From positions 20,212,001 to 20,276,000 of the forward strand of contig NC_043014.1 in NCBI RefSeq assembly GCF_006345805.1: a stretch of 64,000 nucleotides of DNA. Direction: 5' to 3'. The position numbers and the translations under genes were made by a program. This stretch comes from Octopus sinensis (lineage: Eukaryota). The notes under the pieces were generated by a model. That model saw only the letters and a list, made by a program, of their open reading frames with translations, did no database searches and was not told the DNA's origin. Below are positions 15,274 to 29,104 of this stretch, one piece after another. Numbering within the stretch: position 1 is the stretch's first letter; each line of letters starts with the position of its first letter.

Positions 15274-15682
15274 CATATTTTTAAATGTCTTACTTTGAAA
15301 AATTGCATTCGGTGGGATTAGTAAAATTTTTGGTAGAAATGACTAATTTTGTCCCTCTTAGCGTGTGGCATATATGTATAATATTGCCCTCTATATATAA
15401 ATTAATATGTTCAATAAGAAAGAATTATTTTCGAAATTTTTTCTCTTATGAGGTCTTTCACGCTATCTACCCGATAATTTCTTGTTAAGTTTTCCTTATT
15501 AAGAAGTTGTCCTTAATTGCTAAATTTTATTCCGAAAAACTCTCCTTTCCCGAAATGCAATTCGTAAAAGTCTGCCATTTACCGGATGTAATATATGTAA
15601 ACTCACCCATGTGCTTCGTTGATGTTGATCATTTAGCTGATCGGCTTAGACGAGGTAGGTTCGTTTATTTATGATACGTACA

Positions 15683-15729
15683 GGCTTGCTGATGAATACA
15701 GAGGTATGAAATCACAGGTGATACAAGTC
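15683..15729 (+). ncRNA. Type I hammerhead ribozyme (second copy)
   Basis: Identical motif, CTGATGA at 15689, predicted cut after 15723. Confidence 0.85.
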
Positions 15730-15852
15730 CATATTTTTAAATGTCTTACTTTGAAAAATTGCATTCGGTGGGATTTATAAAATTTTTGGTAGAAATGACT
15801 AATATTGTCCCTCTTAGCGTGTGGCATGTATGTATAATATTGCCCTCTATAT

Positions 15853-15890
<38 letters not shown>

Positions 15891-16097
15891 AGGAGAATTC
15901 ACAAAAAAACAAAAGAGGAAGACAGGTGGTGTAGACAACAAACAGATGTATTAGTTAAATACTCGGGAAGTGAAGAAGTTTTCAACGTTTCGAGCCTATG
16001 CTCTTCCACAGAAAGGAACACAGAAAGAAACAAAGGGAGACAATAAAGAATCTGTAGTGGCTAGTGATCTCTCATGGCAATACAAATATATACACAT

Positions 16098-16187
<90 letters not shown>

Positions 16188-16204
16188 ATGTATATATATA
16201 TTTG

Positions 16205-16239
<35 letters not shown>

Positions 16240-16879
16240 ATATATATAAATATAAGATATATGCTTATATACACAAATATACACACACATTGTATGTTTG
16301 CGTATCTTACAGCCATGATCTGACCTACCCTTGATCTGACCTAAAATCTATCTCCTCATTCGGGAGAGGCAAAGTAATACAACCACCATATTAAAAAAAA
16401 AACCTGCTGTTAAACTTTGAAAGAAGGTATGATTGTTTCTTCTTGCTCGCGAACTCTAATCCAAACCAAGGTCGTTTGATAGCAGTTCTTTAAGCGCATG
16501 CACGTTTAACAATCCACTTCATAGCGCATAATCCCTGAATACGCCATACATATTAACAGAATATGTCAAACAATATCCTTATTTCTGACTGAAGTACAAG
16601 ACCACCAATTTTCAGTGAGTGGGTATAAGGACGATTATATCTGCTGTAACCCTATTGTTATATTTTATCACTATGTCGAGTTGAATGCACTTGAAACTGC
16701 AAAGAAATATTTTAATCAAGATATGTCTTTTCAATTCGGAATTTAAGTAATTACATTGTTCTCAATTTTGGCACAAGATCAGCAATAATGGCAGGGGACC
16801 CCGTATTTCACTGCTGCTTATTTCATCGACCCCGAAATGATGAAGAGAATAGTTACATTGGCCGCATCTTTTCTCTTTT

Positions 16880-17376
16880 ATTATTTACTTGTTTGAGTCA
16901 CAAGACTGCGGCCATGCTGGGGCATCACCTTGAAGAATTTTGTATCGGATCAATCGACCTCACTGCTTATTCCTCTTTCTTTTTCATTAATCCTGGTACT
17001 TATTCTAACGGCTTCTTCTGCTATACTGGTAAGTTACGGGGACGTAAACACACCGATACCGGTTGTCAAGCGGTGGTGGGGGATAAAAACTGACACAAAC
17101 ACACACACACACATATTCTTTTATTCTTTTACTTGTTTCAGTCATTCCATACTGGAGCACCGCCTTAAAGGATTTTAATCGAAGAAGTCGACCCCAGGAC
17201 TTATTCTTTGTGAGCTTAGTATTTATTCTATCGGGTTTTTTTGCCAAACCGCTAAGTTACGGGGAACATAAATACACCAGCATCGGTTGTCAAGTGGTGG
17301 CAGTGGGGACAAACACAAATACACACATAAACATACACATATACACACACAGACACACACGCACACACGCACACAC

Positions 17377-17420
<44 letters not shown>

Positions 17421-17559
17421 TACGACAGGCTTCTTTCAGTTACCTTCCACCAAATTCACTCAGAAGACTTTGGTCGGCAAGAGACTATTGTAGAAACACT
17501 TGCCCAAGGATCCATGTGGTTGGGAAGCAAACTATTTGCAACGCACCCACGCCTGCGCC
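16880..17559 (-). mobile_element. Two tandem SINE family A copies (3' half 16880-17100; full copy 17115-17559)
   Basis: Repeated tttacttgtttcagtc..gcaccgcc tails; head ends cctgcgcc at 17559. Confidence 0.85.
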
Positions 17560-18464
17560 TATATGTGAAATCAAAACAAATACAACCGGAAGAAATGTAT
17601 CTAAAGGTTTTTTTTTCCGACGTGCTTTCAATTCTGACAGCTCACCGTCTTGAAGAGTTGAATAAGAGAGATGCGTGAGTGTGAGGTACGTGTGTCTGCG
17701 TGCGTGTGTACATATTTGCATGCGTGCGTGGTTGCTTTTGTGTGTAAGACAGAGAAGAAGCGAGTTTAATACTCCATTACAACCATCAGTCTTTCACCAG
17801 CACCAGCCTACTATGGAATTCTGTTTTTTGTTTTGTGTGCATTATTCCTGAGAGATCTGGAATTTCTGTGCGAATTGTTCAAAACATTCATTGAAAAAAG
17901 GTGATTTTCTTCCAAAACAGCGACACTTATAGATATAATATTTGGTGGTGGGATGTATGCGTGTAATGTTGATATGAATGTATGATAGAGTAAGAGAGAG
18001 TGGGTGGGGCAAAACGTTCATGTTTACGCGTGTGGATGAGAGGCTTCCTAGCTTGAACTGCAAAGCTATATTGTTAAAATGTAAGGCATGCTAGAAATAG
18101 CAATTAAATGCACTTTTCATCAAGCACTATCTTCTAATGTAGAGAAAATATAGTTCTGATATATTGTATGTGGCAGAACGATTACGGTTAAAATACTTTT
18201 GAACATGGATCTATTCCATCATGACTTATCAAACAACTACAGTAACAATGTTTTATCTTACATCTCATTCTGTGAACAATAGCGTCTTGGTCACAGGTTT
18301 CTAACAAGATAATCAGTGGCTCGTTGAAACCTGGGTGCGAGAACAACAAACGAGTTCTTTGATTTCATGAAAAGACTTCTTAATTCACGTAAAAGATGCC
18401 ATTGAAAGAGTATAGGTTTTTCCTATAGTACTATATCCGTCAGCAATATACATTGACCCACCCA

Positions 18465-18516
<52 letters not shown>

Positions 18517-19736
18517 ATGAATGGATGGATGGATGGATTAATAAAACAGTGAACATATACAGTATTCTTCATTTGGATAACAATATATTCATAATCGCTG
18601 ATATATGGAATATACATGCACACATGTAAGCATTAATGAAGCGTATACATTTGTGCTGTAGTGTAATTTGCACACCACTATTGCAAGTTTCGCTACACGC
18701 TCACATACACAACATGCAGACATATATGTACACATCAACCAATTCATGTAACCACAAACCTCAAATGCTGTCTTGGCTTAAACAAGAGCTTTGTTACGTT
18801 CTTAAAGACCGGCTTCGACTGTGCAATGGAAAGAAAATTTAAAACAATCCCACTTAACGTGAGGGTGTGTAAGAACACAGAATACTGCATTAATTACCTT
18901 GAGAGAGACTCTTATAAGGATTCGTGTTGCGCAAAAGCACTCGAATTTATATCGTTGATAGACATTATCATTTGTACTTCTACGATACAATTTCGAGTGG
19001 TTTTACGCACCTCGAATTCTTTTTAGAGTTTAGTATCTGAAAGGGCTAATTCGGAATAACCATTCATGAAGTTTCCAGGTCACAATAAATGCTACAAAGC
19101 TCTACAATACTTAGTGAATACGTGTCATTTTCCAATTTGTTTCCACGAATCTTTGTATCATAACGTATAGCACACACCTACAATCACATAGAACAGAGGC
19201 ACATACAACATACTCACAAATACTCACCCAGTCACATACACACGTACACACATGTACACAGGCATGAAGCCTTTACGTCGCAATCATATAATTCCGGGTT
19301 CGATCCAATGCGTACAATATAGGCCCGGCCAGTGTGTGAAAGTGACAGTTGATCAAGTTAACTAGACCCTACTCTGAATCTGAGGCTTTGTCTCTCTATT
19401 TTAGAACAAAATCCAATTATAGAGACTACACAAGTAAGGAATGGATAGCTCTATGCTCTGTTAAAGACCACTTTAGTAGGATCTTGGCCTGGCAATGTAT
19501 TAAGAGTCAGGAGGCATTTTAATGTGCTCGTAATATAATCTATAGGCATAGCTTTGTTGCAGTCAGGAGCCATTGGACCTGTACAAGACGCACTTAAAAT
19601 GCGCAACTAACCTTTATGCAATCATTCAATGCACATGCATCGCAGATGTTTTGCCAAATGTTCAGTGTTACATAGATAGATAGATATATAGATAGATAGA
19701 TAAACAGACAAACGGAAGACAGACAGACAGACAGAC

Positions 19737-19797
<61 letters not shown>

Positions 19798-20084
19798 TAG
19801 ATAGATAGATAGATAGATGATAGGGGGAGAGAGATAAGGATATAGGTATAGATAGATCGATAATACATATATACTTACATACATACACGCGTAGAACATA
19901 TACATGTGCATTCAGTATATACATAAACACACACACGCATACACACAAATGTCCGCACATGCACCTACACTTGTTTCTATACTCATCATTACTTCTTACA
20001 TCACTACTATTGATATAACCATAATACACCTGGCAGTCACACTAGCTTATTTGTAATGCTTTTCTCTATCAGAGATGAGCATGT

Positions 20085-20201
20085 GCTAAACAACAACAAC
20101 TACTACTACTACTACGACGACGACGACGACGACGACGCAGACGACGAAGACGATGGCGACGACTATCACCACCACCACCACCACTGCTGCTGCTGCTGTT
20201 G

Positions 20202-20247
<46 letters not shown>

Positions 20248-20267
20248 AACCACTACGACTACTACTA

Positions 20268-20304
<37 letters not shown>

Positions 20305-20305
20305 A
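20085..20305 (+). repeat. Compound trinucleotide microsatellite (AAC/ACT/ACG/ACC/GCT)
   Basis: Direct reading. Confidence 0.95.
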
Positions 20306-21129
20306 ATTCGAACCAGCTTGGGAGATCAATCACTTAAAAATACGAGTGAGTTCGACCGACCGACAAGAGCTCTAAATGGTTTCTCCCTCTGCTAGATATA
20401 GTGACCAAATCATCAACGCCAGAAAATTTTAATCACATGACGACACAGACAGCGCTGACTTTAGGGTTGAACAGCAGCAATAATAACAACAACAACCCAG
20501 TGACATAGAGCCAACTTCAGCAGCATTAACGGCAATATATGATGAAACTTGCTATCACACCCTCTTATGTTTAAAATTGGATGAACACATTGGATAATAT
20601 ATTCCGTGATAGACTATGCCTGAGAAATATCAGAGGGATGGGCATAGTTGGAATGTGTTTGGTCATACGATGCGAAACAACAACAATATTCTGTCTGTAG
20701 CAGCCGATATATTATCATGTAGTGTTTATTTCTTCAGTGAGGAGAGCTCGCTTGTTGCTGAGGCAGCTACTGCTGCTGCTGCTGTTGCTGAAGTTGATGC
20801 TAATGTTGCCGCTGCTGCTGCCGCTGCTGCTGCCGCTGTAGCCGTTGCTGTTTGCTATTGGTGGTGCTGCATTATATTATTGTGTTTGATGATGTTGTGA
20901 TGTTGATGGTATTGTTGTTTTTGAACTTATTACGTTGACACTAGTCATGTGACGCTTTTTTGCTATTGTGTTTGTTATTGCAGTTGTTATTCTTGGTGGT
21001 ATTGTTGTTACTCTTATTGATGTTGTTTGTGTTATTGTTATTGTGGTGGTTGTTATTACTTTAATGTTACTGAAGCGAAAATGTTGCTACTGTGAGAATG
21101 TGCTGTAATGCAGTTATTGTTACTATTAT

Positions 21130-21445
21130 TATTCCGCCGAGATCGACTTTGTTTTTCATTCTTTCGGGATCGATAAAATAAGTTCTAGTTGAGCACTGGG
21201 GTTGATGCAATCCACTTATCTCCTCCCCACAAAATTATTGCCCTTGTGGAAAAATTTGAAACTATCATTAGCATTATGTTGAAGGCAGCGAGCTGGCAGA
21301 ATCGTTAGCACGCTCCGTTCTGAGTTCAAATTATGCCGAGGTCGATTTCGCCTTTGATCCTTTCTGGGTTGATAAATTAAGTACCAGTAAAAGACTGGGG
21401 TCAATGTAATCGACTAGACCCCTCCCCCAAAATTTAGTAGAAAGG
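21130..21445 (+). mobile_element. Two tandem SINE family B copies
   Basis: Partial copy 21130-21270, full copy 21283-21445. Confidence 0.75.
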
Positions 21446-21455
21446 ATTATTATTA

Positions 21456-21532
<77 letters not shown>

Positions 21533-21554
21533 TATTATTATTATTATTATTATA

Positions 21555-22225
21555 TGTTTGACTTTTGCTTTATAGTTGTACAAGTTGTCTCCAAGTCTCC
21601 CCAGAGACCTCAAGAGACAACAAGTTAGAAGTTCATGTTGGTGTTATGCCTAGGGTGCCATACATTTGGTTTTATACATAGTGTTTTTCAAGTGAATGTT
21701 TAAGAAACCATAAGAACATTGTCTGTTTAAAAATTTGAGGTTTTTGCGAGCAGTTTCCATGAGCACCATCTTCTGAATTTCTGCCATTTTGGGGTTTCCT
21801 GGTATCTGAGTTAGGTAGCAATCAGCCCCTTTTGCTATCATTCCCAAGGCACCTATGACAACAGGTATTGTTTTAGTCTTCAGATTCTACATTTTGCTAA
21901 TTTCTATTTCAAGATCTTTATACTTGCTCAGTTTTTGGTAGGTCTTGACAGATACGTTTATATCGATTGGGACAGTCATATCCACGACGAGGCAAGATTT
22001 TTGTCTGAAGTCTTTCAATATGATGTCTGGCCTATTTGCATCTATCTTTCTGTCAGTTTGAGTGGTGAAGTTCCAGACGAGTGAGATGTATCATTTTCAA
22101 GCACTGGAGGTGGTTTGTGTTCCCACCAGTTTTTAACATGGGGCAAGTCCAGGTTTATGCAAATTACCCAGTGAATATATTGTGCACCTTTATCATGCCT
22201 ATTGAGATACGCTGTAGGCCTTATT
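21555..22225 (-). pseudogene. 5'-truncated R4/Dong-type (RLE) non-LTR retrotransposon 3' end
   Basis: RHDKGAQYIHW..C..WWEHKP..VLEN; PVVIGALGMI..IQKMVLMETA. The 3' UTR runs into (AAT)n at 21457-21552. Confidence 0.85.
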
Positions 22226-22479
22226 GTTATTATTATCATTATCATCATCATTATTATTATTGTTGTTATTGTTGTTAATTTCATTATCATCTTTTTCCAA
22301 TCCTGTTTCCATTTCTTGTTGAGTGTCTTCTTGACTGCTAGGACAAAGAAACGCACTACATACATTGGTAGGCCATCAAAATAAGCACACCAGATTGTTC
22401 ATATAAAATCACGTGATAGAGAAAAAAGCGGAAGAAAGACAGACAGGGAAAGAGAATTCACAGCGACAATACACTTCTC

Positions 22480-22975
22480 AGTGACGTGCCAATTAAAACA
22501 ATCTTTTGCACTTCCTACATGGATGATAAACCAGGGATCATTCTTAGATAATTTACAGTTCCTTTTTTGATGATTCCAAATCCTCCTTCAATCACTGGTA
22601 TTGTAACCGTTTTCAGATACCACATTTTTCTGATATCGATTAGCTAATCTTTATATTTTCTGAGCTTATCAAATTGATTTGCCGAGAGATTTTGGTCACA
22701 GGGTATGCTCATGTCAATCAATAAACAGACTTTATTGTTTTGGTCTTTCACAACAATCTCTGGTTTGTTTGCTTTGATGGCCCGGCCTGCCTCAATTACG
22801 GCCTCATGGTGGTACTTCTACCATTTGTTAGCAGTTTTGATTTTATAATGCCGATACGTTATCTAATGTAGATATTAGCCAACTCTGTCATGTCTTGATT
22901 TCTACTCTACAGACGCTAAAACCTTACACCCAGAGATTAGGTGTTCCATCATTGCAGTATCGGCACTTTGGTTCT
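22480..22975 (-). pseudogene. Second R4/Dong-type RLE fragment
   Basis: PKCRYC..; AIKANKPEIVVKD..CLLIDMSIPCD..KLRKYKD..MWYLKTVTIPV. The 5' junction is at an (ATT)n tract. Confidence 0.8.
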
Positions 22976-23127
22976 ATTATTATTATTATTAATTATTATT
23001 ATTATTGTTGTTGTTGTTGTTATTGTTATCATTATTATTATTATTATTATTATATTTATTATTATTATTATTATTACTATTGTTATTATTGCTGTTGTTG
23101 TTGTTATTATTGTTATTATTATTATTA

Positions 23128-23178
<51 letters not shown>

Positions 23179-23542
23179 TTTAAAAAGGATTGACGTAACT
23201 CTTCGCAAAGGTTAACAGTCAAGACTAAGAGCGCGATTCGATTGTAAGATATTTTATTGGTTGAATGATATTTCGAAAGTGAGTCTGTCTTTGTCAAGTT
23301 CAAAATAAGAAGTGATAAAATTGTAACTTAAAAACTGATGGTGTCATTCCATCAACGTGTGGACGCTGGTTGCTCTCGTTCATACTTTACGTTTAAATTT
23401 CTATAATTTTGAATTTTTATCACTTCTTATTTTGAACTTGACAAAGACAGACTTACTTTCGAAATATCGTTCAACCAATAAAATATCTTACAATCGAATC
23501 GACTCATCATCTTGACTATTATTATTGTTGTTGTTGTTATTA

Positions 23543-23577
<35 letters not shown>

Positions 23578-23590
23578 GTTGTTGTTGTTG

Positions 23591-23621
<31 letters not shown>

Positions 23622-23625
23622 ATTG

Positions 23626-23689
<64 letters not shown>

Positions 23690-23712
23690 CATCATCATCA
23701 TCATCATCATTA
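22976..23712 (+). repeat. (ATT)/(GTT)/(ATC) microsatellite tracts flanking the 23217-23517 inverted repeat
   Basis: Direct reading. Confidence 0.95.
23217..23517. mobile_element. Inverted-repeat (MITE-like or fold-back) element between (ATT)n tracts
   Basis: Arms 23217-23322 and 23412-23517 are reverse complements, with a spacer of about 90 bp. Confidence 0.75.
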
Positions 23713-23789
23713 TGTTGCCGTTGTTGGTGTTGCGATGATGTTGTTGCGTTACTATGTGTTTGCTGATCAAGTTGTGATGCTGCGCTATT

Positions 23790-23978
23790 GAAATTTTGGG
23801 TTACGGAGCCAGTCGATTAGATCGAACCCAGTACGCAACCGGTACTTAATTTATCGACTCCGAAAGGATGAAAGACAAAGCTAACCTCGGCGGAATTTGA
23901 ACTCAGAACATAAAGACAGACGAAATACCGCTAAATATTTCGCCCGGCATGCTAACGTTTCGGCCAGCTCGCCGCCTT
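23790..23978 (-). mobile_element. SINE family B
   Basis: Match to the 13896 copy. Confidence 0.85.
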
Positions 23979-24185
23979 ACTACAAAAAGATATTGCAAAG
24001 AAACAGCGATAACAAAGGAATAACATTAAGCTATTGGTCTCATTATTAATCCGGTTTAATCCAGGATCGGGGAAGGATTATAGGATTATAAATTATTAAT
24101 GTTGTATAGTTCCATTTTTATCATTATATCATTATACTCACAATAACCATACACAGAATGGGTGTATACTGACCGTGAGTGTGTT

Positions 24186-24220
<35 letters not shown>

Positions 24221-24309
24221 TCACATATACAAGGGTATTCTGTATGTATGAACACACACCTCTATACATACATTTGTGCATGAAAACGTTTGTATGTGTG
24301 TGTGTGTGT

Positions 24310-24345
<36 letters not shown>

Positions 24346-25829
24346 TGTATGTGTGTGTGTATCTACGTATGCATATATCTACACGAAGAAGTATATCTGT
24401 TATGGATGCATGTGTATGTGCGTCGACATATCTGCATGTTTGTGTATGTTCTCAGAAAATTCGTGTTTGCATGCCCATTCTACCTCTCCTCTGTGTGTTG
24501 TTATTGCTTCATTTCTATGCGACCTCATTCAAAGCTTTTCAGCTTCCTCAGTCCCACCACACACACACACACACACTCTCTCTCTCTCTCTTCTTTTTTC
24601 TCGCATATTTTCCTTGTCCCACCTTTTGCCTGTAATTCTTATCTTTTATGCATTTATCCCTATCTTTACACTATCTCTATTTCTGACACTCTTATACCAT
24701 AAACAGTTTTTCACCTTTCTGTTTCTCCTCTTTCTTTCCATCTAATAGGACTACACTAATGTAGAGCTGCAACTGATAATGCTGGTATGTGTGTCGATGC
24801 GAGTGCAATTTAGAGCTACGACCAAATGTAGTTCTCTCTTTTATCAGCAAATAGCTGCAAATGATGCTTCCATCACTAATGGCACATAAAAAGAGTTCTT
24901 GCTATATGCATACAGTTTGATCTGATTAACAAATTTGTTTAAATTCAGCTGAATTCATTTCACGATGGCTGCAGATGATCTAAACTCTTGCCAGTAAACC
25001 ACTTCTTCAGTATCGTTAGAACTCAGATGGTTCGTGGACCTACAGGTCCATTGGTTTTAAATTGCCTTTCAGTAGCTGAGAACAAACGCACCCAAGTTTG
25101 CGAAACAAGTTGTCAAGAAGACTGAAACAAGAGAAAATAGCTATGTTAATTATAGAAGATGCGCTTAGATGATGGAGGTTTCGAAACATTGATATCAACA
25201 GCAGATGAAGATGAATAGTGCCGCCTCTGACCGAAGGATATAATTCACACGTCAAGTCGGAGTCCTGCAATTCGATCGAGTCCAAGCATATCATCAAGGA
25301 ATTGGACGGTGCAATATTTAGTGTGACGCAGCAAAACTGTGTTGAGGAAGTTACTCAAATTCAGAAAGGACAATGTCACAGGAATAATGTGGCTCTTTGG
25401 TGCTTTTTCGATTTTCCCTTCACAGAGATCCTCCCTTCATTCAACATTTTGTTAGGCAATTAAGAAATGTCCAATGTTTTTATTTCATTCACAAACGGCT
25501 GAAAGACAAGCACAAAGTCCAAAGGAAAAAACGCTTACTGTTTTTTTTTAAGCCGTGCTTCAATGTTTTCTTTACAAAACGCTATTATACATTCACAATC
25601 TGTCCTGAAATTCCTGGAAAAGCATGCAATTAAGAGGACAAATGAACATGCTCTTGTTAAAAGGCCCCTTGATATAAGTTTCATCAGTGCCATTTGATGG
25701 GAGTAGAGTGTACAATGCAGTCAATATAAATTCTTCTTAGAACAAAATTTACATTGTGTGATAATACAATTATATCCAGAATTCTACCCAACAGATACGT
25801 TATAGGACTTCATTATCAGGACTAACTAA

Positions 25830-25935
25830 TCTTTACCATCTCAATTAGCAAATCCTTAGGGAAAACATTTGCGGCTGCTGGGCTGAAATGTTTTATCCAT
25901 GGGTAATTTTATGTGTGAGACTCGAGAGTTGTAAG
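25830..25935 (+). pseudogene. Short Helitron helicase remnant (motifs V/VI)
   Basis: TISISKSLGKTFAAAGL.CFIHG*FYV*DSRV resembles TINKSQGQT..VGL..CFSHGQLYVA.SRV. Confidence 0.6.
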
Positions 25936-26817
25936 TCCCTATAATCTCCTTTATGTTCTCTGTTGGCCAAACTGAAATTATTGATCAAGAATCGTTGATA
26001 TGCTGAGATTCCAAGTAACTAATACGCTGGGTATTCGTTGCAATATAATCTAGGTTTCGTTTCAATATTTAATACAATACTTGTGGATGTGTCGGCTTCC
26101 TATATCTGGCGGCCTACTTATTTCCACACCGGTTTCTACTCCATTTTCGAACCCTTTTAAGAACTAAAGAATTATATAGCTATAAATAATATCATCAGCA
26201 ACATTTTCAAATGAAATAAAACTACTTGCGCATTTATCTAATCCATACCATTTCTACAATTCAATTAGGCATTAAACTAATAATACTGAGTGCGTATAAG
26301 AAGTACAATGCATTAGACACCTCACTGTAATAAACATATTGGAAACAATTTAATTTCTTATTTCAGAAGCAACTTTTCAAGAGAAATACAATAGTGTGCT
26401 ATAAAACCGAATATGAAGAAAAAACAGGGCCATTTGTATTTGCCTATTTTCCAGGAGATCGCCGGGTATTTAGCAAATGTATTTGTGTGTTTCCATTACT
26501 ATATTTTCATTATACTACTTACCATGCAATAATCAGACACCATACTGCGACTATGCCACTGCTCTTTTGCTAAGTCACTACTATACTTTACCTTAGGGAA
26601 CATACTTTTACTTTTTTATTGTTTCAGTCATTTTACTGTGGCCATGCTGGGGCACCGCCTTTATTAATATTATTTTATTCAGGTCACTACCTGGAATCGA
26701 ACTCGGAATCTTGAGGTCAGTATGCCCATCTTAAAATTTATGTGAACTATATTAGTTAATATTCTACAATGCGCAAAATATTATAATAATTGTTTTTATA
26801 AAATACTTAATAATATT

Positions 26818-27341
26818 TAAAGTATAATAGCCATCTCAATATGGCTAACCACAAAGGGTGGGTGTTACTGTAGCTTTTAGCCCCAGGAGAGCATCGTCGC
26901 CAGCTCGCTTTAGGCACACTATCTGTGCCCTTATGGTATTTGCAAAGGGAGGTCGTCCCTTTCTCGTAAGCCTAAGTGATACGCACGGACCGCAGAGGTA
27001 GTTGCCTCTTGTCACGAGCGGTAATCACCGGTTTGCGATGAAAAGGAAGACCTTGAATGCAAATACTTAAGTGTTTTTCTAGTAACTTCCGTCACTGATT
27101 CCGAAAAACTGTCTGCAAGCAATAATAAATCTCTGAACGAGTCTTACGAGAAAGGGATGACCTCCCTTTGCAAATACCATAAGGGCACAGATAGTGTGCT
27201 TAAAGCCAGCTGGAGACGATGATCTCCTGGGGCTAAAAGCTACAGTAACACCCACCCTTAGTGGTTAGCCATATTGAGATGGCTAGTATACTTTACATTG
27301 TCGAGCGGTTACTGTTTACATCTAGTTCAGAGATTTATTAT
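26818..27341. mobile_element. Fold-back copy of the 11.1 kb family (long inverted repeat)
   Basis: Arms at about 26818-26975 and 27145-27297 are reverse complements (tagccatctcaatatggctaaccac... / ...gtggttagccatattgagatggcta). An extra 18-nt inversion pairs 27121-27138 with 27324-27341. Confidence 0.75.
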
Positions 27342-28544
27342 TAATAATATTTTATTATGAAAATATAAGATTATCTTTTAATATCGAATGGCTAGGTGGG
27401 TCCATTTGAGCAAAATAAGAATCAAAGGGGTTCTATAGGTAAAAAAAAAATGGTTTAGAAACCCAGTTTTAAACTATTATCAACACGCTACATCTGCACT
27501 ACTACACTCGCACACCGCCACTACACTCTCCTGTACTATGACCATGACACTATTCCCCCACCACTACATTACAACATCACTTCCATATTCCGTGCCATTA
27601 TCATCACCATCACTATACCACCAAAACCACCACCACGTCACTATTATATTATATACTATCACCATACTGTGCCACCCTACACGTCGTCACCTCTATGACT
27701 TATACTATCACTATGACACTACTTCAACACTATCACATCCGCACACTACCACTAGATTACGTCAATACATCATTGGTCTAAACTATCATTGTGACCACTA
27801 TACCTCCTCAACGACGCTACACAGACACTACACTACCATCGCTATAGTATCACTGCCTCATTGCATCACCACTCTACCCTGTACTATCAATGTGGTCGTG
27901 TGCTACCACTACACTACATCCCCACCATACTTTACATGCTAACGCACTTGCACTACACCAACACAAATTCAATGCTGCCACTACACCAACAACAACCAGT
28001 CCGAATTTATATTTCACGCCAGCAACGCTGAGAGAGAGAGAGACAAACAGACAGACAGACAGACAGAGATAGACTGACAGTAGTGTAGGTGTAGAGGGAT
28101 GGTGATGCGGAAATAGTATGTCATATGGCACAAATGGGTGGGGCCATACAAGAATGTTAACACCCAGCTAGGTAAACAGACTGCTCATGACAGCTATGTG
28201 GGTGTTTAACACAGGGCATAACGTTATGTGCGACAGTAGGGCCGTTATTGAAGCATGGTTACTGTGTGGTACTGACGGTGAAAGTGGTGCATTGTGATAT
28301 TGGTGTTGATGGTGTCGTGTTAGGGGTGGTAATGGTAGTGTCAGTGCTTTACTAGTGTTGGTGCTGGTATTTGAGGTGAAGATGTTGGAGTTATCATGTT
28401 GGTAGTGGTGATGGTCATGATGAGCGTGACGAAAGTGGACTTGAAGTTGATGGTAGTGTTGGTGATAGTTGTAGTGCAGGTATTAGTGCTTGTGGATATA
28501 TATATATATATAATGTTGATCGTGCTGTTTTCATCTTCTTCTTC

Positions 28545-28988
28545 CCATCAGGACTCACGCCATTAGCCACAAAGAATAATCTCTAATTCGAGCCTACTCT
28601 AAGCTATTAAGAATGCGTGTGGCAGCTTGAACATTTACCCACCACACAGCGATAGACTGGCGGTTGCACGGGCGCGAAAGCAACGTTGTTATCCTCATTC
28701 CGTAAACGGTGGCTTTTAACGGGAGGATTAGCAATCTAGACTAGGGTCTGAAAATTTACCACCCATTAGGGTTACACCAAGATTCCTCTGCTTTGTGGCA
28801 GAAGTAGGAAGAACGAGTGAGAGAAAGTTGTGGTGAAAGAGTACGGCGGGGTCCCCCCCACCGCCGGAGTCTCGTGGAGCTTAGGTCTTTTTGCTCAATA
28901 AACACTCACAATGCCCGGTATGGGAATCTAAACCGCGTTCTTACGACCGAAGGTCCGCCGCCTTAACCACTGGGCCATTGCGCCTCCG
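28545..28988 (-). mobile_element. tRNA-derived SINE, family C (full length, GAA tail)
   Basis: Minus-strand head ggaggcgcaatggcccagtggttaaggc (A box), central aagctccacgag..ctccggc, core ccacaactttctctcac, tail ...cctgatggg(aag)n. Confidence 0.8.
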
Positions 28989-29104
28989 CTGGTGCTGTTG
29001 TTGTCGGTAGATGTGATGAGAAGTTTTGTTTTAACTTGGTATTAGGGGTAATGTGATATCGATATGTCTATGAGTGTAGATGAAGTGTTGGCAGTGATGG
29101 TAAT

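Larger units (their letters stand above)
15159..15860 (+). mobile_element. HHR-bearing retrozyme/Penelope-pLTR-like element, about 1.5 copies of a 456-bp monomer
   Basis: Direct repeat 15194-15400 matches 15650-15858 (offset 456). 37-nt inverted repeat 15159-15195 / 15484-15520. Flanked by (TA)n on both sides. Two HHRs. Confidence 0.8.

Noticed and set aside
23440-23517. HHR in the arms of the 23.2 kb inverted repeat (aTGATGAG...CGAAAGtaaGTC)
   Set aside because: C3 is missing, stem III does not pair and stem II is out of register.
24900-25460. Complex-looking sequence with short ORFs (AADDL resembling an RT motif)
   Set aside because: No surrounding RT motifs, so it cannot be assigned.
25660-25690. 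Minus-strand CTGATGA
   Set aside because: No GAAA or stem III downstream.
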